A DNA stretch of 64,000 bases from an uncultured Poribacteria bacterium. GTDB lineage: Bacteria > Poribacteria > WGA-4E > WGA-3G. Location: NCBI GenBank assembly GCA_958296135.2, contig CATQHZ020000001.1, positions 2,944,001 through 3,008,000 on the forward strand, in the 5' to 3' direction. How positions within the stretch are numbered: the stretch's first letter is position 1; every line of letters starts with the position of its first letter. The notes below the pieces were generated by a model. That model was not told where the DNA came from and ran no database searches. It saw only the letters and a list, made by a program, of their open reading frames with translations. A program made the translations under genes and the position numbers. Below, piece after piece: positions 28,498 to 37,236 of the stretch.

Positions 28498-29051
28498 AAA
28501 ATCGACTCCACCAAATCATCCCGAACGAAGTCTGCTTTTCGTGCGATGTGTGCTGTCGGTTTTTAGATGCCGACAGCCCCCTCGCTCCAGTCTTCACCGC
28601 TGTGGAGCGCGAGCGCGTCATATCGCACGGGGTGGATGCGGCGTTGTTTCGTCCGCAGGTGGATGGAAAAAGCGCGCGGATTGTTTTGGAAGCATCGCGC
28701 GTGGCAAGCGCGCCTACCGGATACATCTGCCCCTTTTTTGATGAGGAGACAAGCCACTGCACCATCTATCCGATCCGGCCGTTGGACTGTCAACTCTATC
28801 CTTTCGCGCTGATGTTCAACGAAGATAGGAGTCAAGTGGTGCTTGGTGTAGATAGGCTCTGTCCTTTCGGTGAGGCGCAGCTGGAAACGGAAGCGTTTCA
28901 GCGACACATCCGCCACGTCATTGCTTACGTTGAGTCCGAAGCAGTTCTCGCGCAGATTGCAGAGAATTGGAGCCTTATCGGCGACTATCAGGACACGGTG
29001 AAAATCGTGCATCTGTTGGATAAACTAGAGCCATGCACCTTCGGCCGCTAA
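28494..29051 (+). CDS. YkgJ-family cysteine-cluster protein
   Basis: CFSCDVCC, CPFF...CTIYPIRPLDCQLYPF motifs. Confidence 0.88.
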   Translation: MKNRLHQIIPNEVCFSCDVCCRFLDADSPLAPVFTAVERERVISHGVDAALFRPQVDGKSARIVLEASRVASAPTGYICPFFDEETSHCTIYPIRPLDCQLYPFALMFNEDRSQVVLGVDRLCPFGEAQLETEAFQRHIRHVIAYVESEAVLAQIAENWSLIGDYQDTVKIVHLLDKLEPCTFGR

Positions 29052-29983
29052 CCCTTAAGGACAAACCGCTTTTTGACGTATACGCGCGCCGAATGGACAT
29101 CTCGCTTTCCAATTACGCCTTCGCGCCGCTCTATATCTGGGCAGACCATTTTGACTTTTACTGCGCACTATTATCTGACTATTTCTGCGTGTTTGCGAAG
29201 CAAGCCGCTGACTATTTCATGCCGATTGGCCCGGTAGGCGCGAGCTCCGGTTCGCGAGGTTCTGACATTCACTCCTACCTGAACGTCGTTCGCGAGGCAT
29301 ATCAGTTTATGTTGGAAGCAAATCGGAATCCGCAGATTGCGCGCATCGAAAATGTGCCGTGCGAGATGCTCCCTTTTTTTGCGGCTGAATCTCAATATGG
29401 ATATGGAAATCCGCCCTTACAAACTGTATTGAAAGAGAAGGAATACCTCTATGAAACTGAGGCACTTGCTGAGTTAAAGGGCAATCGTTATAAGAGCCAG
29501 CGGCACGCCTACAACGCTTTCGCGGCGCGGTATCCATCTGCAAGCCTGGGCCCATATTCTCCCGCAGACCGCGGCGAATGTCTGGCTCTTTATGATACGT
29601 GGCATCAATCGCGAGCGGCGAAATGCGATGATGCCATCTACCGTGCGATGCTTGAGGACTCCCGATGCGCGCACCGAATCGGATTGGCACACGCGGACGC
29701 ATTAGGGCTCATCGGCAGAGTTGTCCGCGTCAATGGGCACATCCGCGGCTGGACTTTCGGGTATCCGCTCAATAGTGAGACGTTCTGTGTTTTGTTTGAG
29801 GTAACCGACTTAAAAACAAAGGGGCTGGCGCAGTTTATCTATCGCGAATTTGCACGGGAACTTGGCAACGCTTACAAGTGGATTAACGCGATGGGCGATT
29901 CAGGGTTAGCGAATCTGAAGCGCGTCAAACGTTCCTATCATCCAACGCGGTTGATTCCGTCCTATACCATTCAATTCTCATGA
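29033..29983 (+). CDS. DUF2156 / aminoacyl-phosphatidylglycerol synthase C-terminal-like (GNAT-fold) protein
   Basis: YLYETEALAELKGNRYKSQR, KGLAQFIYREF, WINAMGDSGLANLKRVKRSYHP motifs. Confidence 0.8.
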   Translation: MHLRPLTLKDKPLFDVYARRMDISLSNYAFAPLYIWADHFDFYCALLSDYFCVFAKQAADYFMPIGPVGASSGSRGSDIHSYLNVVREAYQFMLEANRNPQIARIENVPCEMLPFFAAESQYGYGNPPLQTVLKEKEYLYETEALAELKGNRYKSQRHAYNAFAARYPSASLGPYSPADRGECLALYDTWHQSRAAKCDDAIYRAMLEDSRCAHRIGLAHADALGLIGRVVRVNGHIRGWTFGYPLNSETFCVLFEVTDLKTKGLAQFIYREFARELGNAYKWINAMGDSGLANLKRVKRSYHPTRLIPSYTIQFS

Positions 29984-30753
29984 GAAACGTTCCCGCTCTC
30001 ATCTTCCTCAACGGCTATTACGACGCGCGCCATCTCGATTTTTATCGGCAAGAAATTGAGGCTGGCGTTGCACAAGGCTCTCCGCTCATCTGTGCGGATG
30101 GCGGCTTACGGATATTCCACCAATTCGACGGGGATGCGCATGAAAAGCCACTCTACCGACCGGATATCCTCATCGGTGACCTGGATTCGGTGGAAGATTC
30201 AGAGACGAAGATTGCTAAACATATCGTTCAGGCATGGGTAGGACAAACCGACAAAGATTATACTGATGGGCAACTTGCTGTCGCTTACGCGTTAGAACAC
30301 TACGGCTGTCGGCATCTTATCATCTACGGCGGTTTGCCGCGGCCGGAGGCATACGAAACAGATCAGTTTTTGGGAAATCTGAAGTTGATGCGTTTTGGTG
30401 ACTATAAGTTGAAACAACGTGGTGGGCGCGCGTGCGTGGAAAGCGCGCCTGGCGGGGGGAAATGGGGCGGGGCTGAAATGCGGGATGCGCGCCAGACTAT
30501 CCATTATGTGGTATCCGAAGTGCGGTTGACTCGGAAGAATAGCGGGATGCAGCGCGTTTCGCTCATCGCCGAAGAACCGAACGTCGTCGTGGCCGAGAGC
30601 CAAAACCTGCGGTGGGATTTGGCATCGCGGCAGATCGATCCGGATTTAACGAACGCGCTCCGCAATGAATTTGTGGCAGACGCGGATTACGCAAGCATCC
30701 GATTGACTGCGGGCTCCTCGCCAGTCTACGTTATCCATAACTGGTATGATTAA
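29980..30753 (+). CDS. thiN: Thiamine diphosphokinase
   Basis: LICADGG, PDILIGDLDS, DKDYTDGQLA motifs. Confidence 0.82.
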   Translation: MRNVPALIFLNGYYDARHLDFYRQEIEAGVAQGSPLICADGGLRIFHQFDGDAHEKPLYRPDILIGDLDSVEDSETKIAKHIVQAWVGQTDKDYTDGQLAVAYALEHYGCRHLIIYGGLPRPEAYETDQFLGNLKLMRFGDYKLKQRGGRACVESAPGGGKWGGAEMRDARQTIHYVVSEVRLTRKNSGMQRVSLIAEEPNVVVAESQNLRWDLASRQIDPDLTNALRNEFVADADYASIRLTAGSSPVYVIHNWYD

Positions 30754-31745
30754 TCACCTGCGCGGTTGTAGGCGGGTTCTCCCGGGCCCGATGCCTCCGC
30801 GAGCACCGATTTGAGCGTCCCCGTGTCTACATTGCCGCCGCTCATCACCATGACGACGTTTTTGCCCGCGAGCGTGTCGGTTAGTTTGTGGGCGGCTGCA
30901 ATCGGTGACGCGCCTGCACCTTCTGCCAAGTTGTGCGTGTATCGCAGAGCCAAGCGGATGCCTTCGCGCAGTTCTGACTCGCTGAGCAAGACAATGGTGT
31001 CAATACCTTCTTTGATAAGAGAAAAGGGCAGCGCGAACGGCACGCGCGTCGCGAGGCCGTCCGCCACCGTGTCACAGGAATCCGTTTGAATATGTTTCCC
31101 TGCCTTCCAAGACAGATAGATGGCGGGTGCGTTTTCGGCTTGCACGCCGATAATCTGGACCGCGGGGTTTATCGCCGCCGCGACGGTGATGGCACCACAA
31201 ACGCCACTCCCGCCACCGATGGGCACGATGATGGCATCAACATTCGGGAGACTCTCGAAGATTTCAAGTGAATAGGTGCCAACGCCGTGGAAAAGAGGGG
31301 CCTCCATGCACGGATGGACGTAATAGAGCCCACGTTCGGTTTGGAGTGTCTCGCACAATTCACGTGCCTCGTCAAAATCAACGCCGTGTTCAATGAGCTC
31401 TGCGCCGTAAGCACGCATCGCGCTATTTTTCTCCCGGTTGTTCCCGTGCGGCACGACGACTGTCGCTTGGACACCGAACTTCCCCGCCGCATACGCAATA
31501 GATTGCCCGTGATTCCCGCGCGTCGCTGTGACGACACCGCGGCATTCTGCATTAAAATGATGCATGAAATTCAGGCCGCCGCGCACTTTAAAACAGCCGG
31601 TCGGCAGGTGGTTCTCGTGCTTGATGTAGGCGTGAAAACCGAGCCGTTCGGATAATTCGGGGTAGTGAATGAGGGGTGTCGGTTGTAAAAACTGCGCGAC
31701 AACGCGCCGTGCAGCAAGAATACCTTGAAATGTTACAGATGTCAT
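30750..31745 (-). CDS. Threonine/serine dehydratase family PLP enzyme
   Basis: KHENHLPTGCFKVRGG, TRGNHGQS, PIGGGSG, SGGNVD motifs. Confidence 0.92.
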   Translation of the reverse strand: MTSVTFQGILAARRVVAQFLQPTPLIHYPELSERLGFHAYIKHENHLPTGCFKVRGGLNFMHHFNAECRGVVTATRGNHGQSIAYAAGKFGVQATVVVPHGNNREKNSAMRAYGAELIEHGVDFDEARELCETLQTERGLYYVHPCMEAPLFHGVGTYSLEIFESLPNVDAIIVPIGGGSGVCGAITVAAAINPAVQIIGVQAENAPAIYLSWKAGKHIQTDSCDTVADGLATRVPFALPFSLIKEGIDTIVLLSESELREGIRLALRYTHNLAEGAGASPIAAAHKLTDTLAGKNVVMVMSGGNVDTGTLKSVLAEASGPGEPAYNRAGD

Positions 31746-31809
31746 AGATGTCCCTAAAATTGTGTCTTGCCAACGTAAAAGAGGTATGTTAATATGATAA
31801 CATATCTTC

Positions 31810-31902
31810 GCAAACGTATCAATAGGATTGAGAAGAACCGAGGCATCGAGACGCGGGAGGGCTCTCCTACAAGCGAGAGCAAACGTATCAATAGGATTGA
31901 GA
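31810..31902 (+). repeat. 24-bp direct repeat flanking a REP unit
   Basis: gcaaacgtatcaataggattgaga at 31810 and 31879, with tcgagacgcgggagggctctcctac between. Confidence 0.9.
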
Positions 31903-31912
31903 GGAAACGCGC

Positions 31913-32863
31913 ATGGCACACGAATTTTCATCGACACACATAACACTTGACGAAACCGATGACCTGGTTGAACGCTGTTATCAGCAGGGATGGACAGATG
32001 GCCTCCCTGTTGTTCCGCCGACACCGGAACGCGTTGAACGGATGCTGAGTGGCACAAACCGAGGTGCGGCCGAACTCATCGCGCCTGTCCCGCCGAAGTG
32101 GGGACGCGCTACCGTGGAAAAAATCGCGATTAACGCTGTGATGGCAGGTTGTGCTCCTGCCTATTTACCGGTTGTCCTCACGGCGGTGGAGGCGATGACG
32201 GCGGCGCAGTTTAACCTGCACGGCGTTCAGGTGACAACTTCACACGTAGCACCGATGCTCGTCGTCAATGGGCCTATCCGAAAACAGTTGGACATCAACG
32301 ACGGTTTTAACCTTTTTGGGCAAGGGTGGCGCGCGAACGCGACGATCGGACGCGCGGTGCGACTCGTCTGCACCAATATCGGCGGTGCACTGCCGGGTGA
32401 ACTCGACCGGGCTGCCTTCGGACACGCCGGTAAATACACCTGCTGCATCGCTGAAAAAGAGGAAGAAAGCCCGTGGCTGCCGTTGCATGTTGAACGCGGT
32501 TTTCAGGCGGATGAAAGCACAGTAACCGTCTTCGCCGGTGCCAGTCCACAGAGTATCAATGACCACGGCAACAACACGGCAGCGGGTATTCTGGACACTA
32601 TCTGTGCAAGTTTGACTGCGCCCGGCAACAGCGGCGGCGAAACCCTACTCGTCATTGGGGTTGAGCACGCGAAGACGATGTCTGACGATGGCTTTAGCAA
32701 AGCGGATGTGCGGGAGTATATCGCGGAAAAAACGGAGCAGCAGTATCGTGCGGATGCTCTGATGCTGATGGTGGCAGGCGGTCCCGCCGGACGATGGACT
32801 ATCGCCGTGCCCGGGTGGGGTTCGCCGTCTTCGCGCGCGATGACCCTCGTCGTGAAGGGTTAA
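31913..32863 (+). CDS. Conserved hypothetical protein (WTDGLPVVPPT family)
   Basis: GWTDGLPVVPPTPERV, ATVEKIAINAVMAGC, RANATIGRA motifs; function unknown. Confidence 0.75.
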   Translation: MAHEFSSTHITLDETDDLVERCYQQGWTDGLPVVPPTPERVERMLSGTNRGAAELIAPVPPKWGRATVEKIAINAVMAGCAPAYLPVVLTAVEAMTAAQFNLHGVQVTTSHVAPMLVVNGPIRKQLDINDGFNLFGQGWRANATIGRAVRLVCTNIGGALPGELDRAAFGHAGKYTCCIAEKEEESPWLPLHVERGFQADESTVTVFAGASPQSINDHGNNTAAGILDTICASLTAPGNSGGETLLVIGVEHAKTMSDDGFSKADVREYIAEKTEQQYRADALMLMVAGGPAGRWTIAVPGWGSPSSRAMTLVVKG

Positions 32864-32911
32864 TCCTATATCGCCCCCAGACGCGGGCAATTGCAGGAAA
32901 TGAAATTTTTC

Positions 32912-32940
32912 TTGCAAACGCGCCCAAAATGTGGTATACT
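32912..32940 (+). promoter_or_regulatory. Putative sigma70 promoter for CBS-CBS-korAB
   Basis: TTGCAA-N17-TATACT with extended TG. Confidence 0.55.
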
Positions 32941-33002
32941 ATAATAATTAAGAAACTAGAGCCCGGTTTTAGACGTTATTTTTATTGAGAGGAAACCCAG
33001 CA

Positions 33003-33440
33003 ATGGACGCGAGAACGTTGTCTCTACCGATTAGCACTCTTAACTATAATCAGCCCACCACTGTGCAAGTTGGCAGTCCTGTGTCCGAGGTTATTGATGT
33101 GATGCAGGAAGGTGGGTTTGGATGTGTTCTCATCGTTGACCATGAACAACGGCTGTCGGGCATTGTCACAGAGCGCGACCTGCTTGTTCACGTAAGCGGG
33201 CGGCGGTTGTCCCCCGGGGATACACCGGTTGAAGAGGTGATGACAAATGAACCGGAAGCATTGCGCGCGAGCGACCCGATTGCATTTGCCTTGAACCTGA
33301 TGCACCTTGGACACTTCCGGCACGTGCCGCTCTGTGTGTGGGATGACCGGGGTGATGCCTATCCTGTCGGAGTCATTTCAACGCACGATATCTTGCAACA
33401 CGCCGCAACATTCTTGGAGAATCAGGGGAAGGGGGCCTAA
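33003..33440 (+). CDS. CBS domain-containing protein
   Basis: GIVTERDLL, VEEVMT, FRHVP motifs. Confidence 0.9.
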   Translation: MDARTLSLPISTLNYNQPTTVQVGSPVSEVIDVMQEGGFGCVLIVDHEQRLSGIVTERDLLVHVSGRRLSPGDTPVEEVMTNEPEALRASDPIAFALNLMHLGHFRHVPLCVWDDRGDAYPVGVISTHDILQHAATFLENQGKGA

Positions 33441-33442
33441 CC

Positions 33443-33979
33443 ATGCTGTATGACTTGGCGATTGACGAAGAATTAGAACAAATGGAGGCCGATGCCGCGT
33501 TGAGAGCCTGGGATGCGCACGAGATCCAGATCCCCCTCCGGTTGCTAATGCGTCCCGTTGTCACGATTCACATCGGCAGCAGCACGCAAACAGCCATCGA
33601 GCTGCTGATAGAGCACCATGTTGGCGCGGCACCTGTAGTTGACGACGAAAACCGCCTCTGCGGCATTTTCAGTGAGCGCGACGTGCTACGCAAAATTCTC
33701 AATAGAACGGTGGGAGACCTCGGGGCCATCGGGGTTGAACACTTCATGAGCACTACCCCGCAGACCGCGCAACAGGAGGATATGCTGGATACCGCGATGC
33801 TTTACATGGCCCGCGGTGGCTACCGACATATCCCTATCGTGGACGAACAGCACCAGCCTATCGGGATGGTATCGATTCGGGACGTTATCTCGCATCTCGT
33901 GGATGAATTTCCGCAGGAAGTACTGACGTTACCGCCGAGGCCTGTCCGCGACGCGATGAAAGCGCGGGAGGGGGCGTAA
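33443..33979 (+). CDS. CBS domain-containing protein
   Basis: GIFSERDVL, YRHIPIVD, GMVSIRD motifs. Confidence 0.9.
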   Translation: MLYDLAIDEELEQMEADAALRAWDAHEIQIPLRLLMRPVVTIHIGSSTQTAIELLIEHHVGAAPVVDDENRLCGIFSERDVLRKILNRTVGDLGAIGVEHFMSTTPQTAQQEDMLDTAMLYMARGGYRHIPIVDEQHQPIGMVSIRDVISHLVDEFPQEVLTLPPRPVRDAMKAREGA

Positions 33980-33981
33980 AG

Positions 33982-35859
33982 GTGAAAACTACAGAGGAAT
34001 CGATTCTGATGCGCAAGCCAATAGAGCAAATTGAGGCGGCGACTATTCTGTTTGCAGGCGACTCCGGTGACGGCTCGCAGACGATTGGTGCCCAGATGAC
34101 TGAAACAACTGCCCTCGTCGGCAATGATGTCGCGACGCTCCCCGATTATCCTGCGGAGATTCGTGCTCCGGCCGGGTCATTGGCAGGTGTCTCTGGGTTC
34201 CAACTCCACTTCTCAAGCGAACAAATTCATACCCCCGGCGATCTCTGTGATGTGCTGGTAGCTATGAACCCGGCTGCCCTAAAGGTTCATCTTCAAAAAT
34301 TGAAACCGGGCGGCATCCTGATTATCAACTCGGACAATTTCGCGCGCCGAAATCTGCGTCTCGCGGGTTACGAGCAGGACCCGCTCACAGACGGTTCGCT
34401 CACAAAATACCAGGTCTTTCCTGTCGATTTGACGCGGCTCACCCGAAAAGCACTTGAACATACGGAACTTACCATCCGGGAAATCGACCGGTGCAAGAAC
34501 TTTTTCGCGCTCGGCATGATTCTGTGGCTTTACAACCGCCCCATGGACTATACCATGAAGTGGATCAAGACGAAATTCGCGACAAAGCCGCAGTATGTTG
34601 AGTCCAACATTCTTGCGCTCCGCGCGGGCAATATCTACTGCGAGGCCACCGAGCAGTTCGCTACGTCTTACAATGTAAAGCCTGCTGAATTTTCGCCTGG
34701 TACCTATCGGAACATTGAAGGCAACATGGCGACGGTGCTCGGTTTAGTCGCCGCTTCGCATCAGTCTGGTTTGCCGCTCGTTTACGGCAGTTATCCGATA
34801 ACGCCGGCTAGTGATATTCTCCACGGGCTTGCGCAGTATCGTAACTTCGGTGTGGTGACGATGCAGATGGAGGATGAAATCGCCGCGGTCGGCGTGGCAA
34901 TCGGTGCGGCGTTTAGCGGTGCGCTCGGTGTTACCGGCAGCAGCGGGCCTGGGCTTGCGCTGAAATCTGAGGCGATTAATCTTGCGATGATTGCGGAGCT
35001 GCCCCTCGTGATATGCAATATCCAACGTGCGGGCCCTTCCACCGGTATGCCGACGAAGACAGAGCAGTCCGATCTGTTGCAAATGCTTTACGGGCGCAAT
35101 GGCGAGTCACCGATACCTATTGTCGCCCCGACGCGTCCCTATGACTGCTTTGACACCGTCTATGAGGCGTGCCGTATCGCCGTGAAATACCGTACGCCGG
35201 TCATTTTTCTCTCCGATCTTTACGTTGCGATGGGCGCGGAGCCTTGGAAGATTCCGAGACTCTCGGAGTTGCCCACTATTGAGCCCGATTTTGCGAAAGG
35301 GTTCTCGCAGAACGGAAACGATGGCGACGCGTTTGAACCGTATCTACGGGATGCGGAAACGTTGGCCCGTCCTTGGGCGAAGCCGGGGACATCGGGGTTG
35401 GAACACCGCATCGGTGGCCTTGAGAAATCGGATGTCACGGGCAATGTCAGTTACGATGCCGAGAACCACGAGAAGATGGTGCATCTTCGTGCGGAGAAGG
35501 TTGCGCGCATCGCTCAGGACATTCCTCCGACTGAGGTATTCGGTGCAGAATCAGGCGAGCTGCTCCTCCTCGGCTGGGGTGGCACTTACGGGCCCATCCG
35601 CACTGCTGTTGAAAATTGTATTGCTGATGGTGCTTCCGATGTGGCTCATGTCCATATCCGCCACCTGAACCCGTTTCCGCGCGACCTCGGGGAGGTGCTA
35701 GCCCGGTTCAAAAGGGTTTTAGTTCCTGAGTTGAACAGCGGGCAGCTCCGCCAGCTCATCCGTAGCACTTATCTCATCGATGCAATAGGACTCAATAAAG
35801 TGCAAGGACAACCGTTCCACGTTTTCGAGGTGGAAGCGAAAATCAATGAGCTCTTGTAG
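33982..35859 (+). CDS. korA: 2-oxoacid:ferredoxin oxidoreductase alpha subunit
   Basis: FAGDSGDG, YPITPAS, EDEIAA, QRAGPSTGMPTK motifs. Confidence 0.95.
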   Translation: MKTTEESILMRKPIEQIEAATILFAGDSGDGSQTIGAQMTETTALVGNDVATLPDYPAEIRAPAGSLAGVSGFQLHFSSEQIHTPGDLCDVLVAMNPAALKVHLQKLKPGGILIINSDNFARRNLRLAGYEQDPLTDGSLTKYQVFPVDLTRLTRKALEHTELTIREIDRCKNFFALGMILWLYNRPMDYTMKWIKTKFATKPQYVESNILALRAGNIYCEATEQFATSYNVKPAEFSPGTYRNIEGNMATVLGLVAASHQSGLPLVYGSYPITPASDILHGLAQYRNFGVVTMQMEDEIAAVGVAIGAAFSGALGVTGSSGPGLALKSEAINLAMIAELPLVICNIQRAGPSTGMPTKTEQSDLLQMLYGRNGESPIPIVAPTRPYDCFDTVYEACRIAVKYRTPVIFLSDLYVAMGAEPWKIPRLSELPTIEPDFAKGFSQNGNDGDAFEPYLRDAETLARPWAKPGTSGLEHRIGGLEKSDVTGNVSYDAENHEKMVHLRAEKVARIAQDIPPTEVFGAESGELLLLGWGGTYGPIRTAVENCIADGASDVAHVHIRHLNPFPRDLGEVLARFKRVLVPELNSGQLRQLIRSTYLIDAIGLNKVQGQPFHVFEVEAKINELL

Positions 35860-36028
35860 TTTAAAATAACCACGCTATACCAAACTATGCTGATTCCGCT
35901 CGTCACTGTAGGTGGAGGTTCGCCGGATTTTTGGGCTCAGGCGAGTTTGAACTACAGCGGTGAATTTGGTATTATTGGGCGAAGATGTCAGACTTGACAG
36001 AAGATTCGTCCTGACGCTAGGCAAACCG

Positions 36029-37108
36029 ATGAAAAAGAAAAGACTCCAAAATAGAACAGCCAGAAAAGCGGCGGGGGAACCCCGAATGCCTGGGGCCGCT
36101 CCTACCCTCACCCGAAAGGATTTTGAATCCGACCAGGATGTGCGCTGGTGCCCCGGCTGTGGGGACTACTCTATCCTCGCGCAGACGCAGCGGATTATGC
36201 CGGAGCTGGGTATCCCGCGCGAGAATATCGTCTTTATCTCCGGAATCGGATGTTCCAGTCGGTTCCCCTACTACATGAATACCTTCGGGTTTCATACGAT
36301 TCATGGTAGGGCTCCGACTATCGCGTCCGGTGTGAAAATCGCCAATCCAGACCTCTCTGTTTGGGTAGTCACGGGTGATGGCGATGCGCTCTCGATCGGC
36401 GGCAATCATTTCATCCACTTGATGCGCCGCAATTTTAACATCAACATGCTGCTTTTTAATAACCGTATCTACGGCCTTACGAAGGGGCAATATTCGCCCA
36501 CCTCGGAGCAGGGGAAGCGGACGAGGTCTACGCCGCTTGGTTCATTAGATACGCCGTTTAATCCGATTAGCCTCGCGTTGGCATCGGGGGCGACGTTCGT
36601 GGCGCGTTCGTTAGACCGGGATCCGAACCATTTGCGCACGGTTATCAAGCAGGCGTTTGAACATAAAGGCACCTCCTTCATCGAAATCTACCAAAACTGC
36701 AATGTGTTCAACGACAAAACCTTTTTCGCATACACGGAGAAAGAGACGAAGGCTGAAAACACAGTCTTTCTTGCGCACGGCGAACCGCTCCTCTTCGGAA
36801 GAGAATTGGATAAAGGGATTCGGCTGAACGGCTTCCAACCCGAAGTCGTGGATACGACGAACGGGGATTACACACGCGCAGACCTCATCGTCCACGACAG
36901 GTATGCGGAGAATACGACGGCAGCCAACTTTCTCGCGCGGATGAGCGATACGCCGGGTATGCCGCATCCTGTCGGTATCTTTCGCAGCGTCACGCACCCG
37001 TGTTACGAAGATCTGATGACGCATCAGGTAGCGTTTGCGAAGGAACGCATGGGTGAAGGCAATTTGGAGGCCCTGCTGAACGCGGGAGAAACCTGGACGG
37101 TGACATAA
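36029..37108 (+). CDS. korB: 2-oxoacid:ferredoxin oxidoreductase beta subunit
   Basis: WCPGCGD, SGIGCSSR, GDGD...NN TPP-binding motif; start codon uncertain. Confidence 0.95.
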   Translation: MKKKRLQNRTARKAAGEPRMPGAAPTLTRKDFESDQDVRWCPGCGDYSILAQTQRIMPELGIPRENIVFISGIGCSSRFPYYMNTFGFHTIHGRAPTIASGVKIANPDLSVWVVTGDGDALSIGGNHFIHLMRRNFNINMLLFNNRIYGLTKGQYSPTSEQGKRTRSTPLGSLDTPFNPISLALASGATFVARSLDRDPNHLRTVIKQAFEHKGTSFIEIYQNCNVFNDKTFFAYTEKETKAENTVFLAHGEPLLFGRELDKGIRLNGFQPEVVDTTNGDYTRADLIVHDRYAENTTAANFLARMSDTPGMPHPVGIFRSVTHPCYEDLMTHQVAFAKERMGEGNLEALLNAGETWTVT

Positions 37109-37236
37109 AAAAAACGGTGCGATTCGGATTTCGCTCTTCCCGGTAGGCGCGGTTTCAAACCGCGCTTACTGCTCGGGTGCGGTGAGCGTGCAGACCGCCC
37201 GCAATTGAAAACGAAATCGTTTTGCGAGAGTCAACC

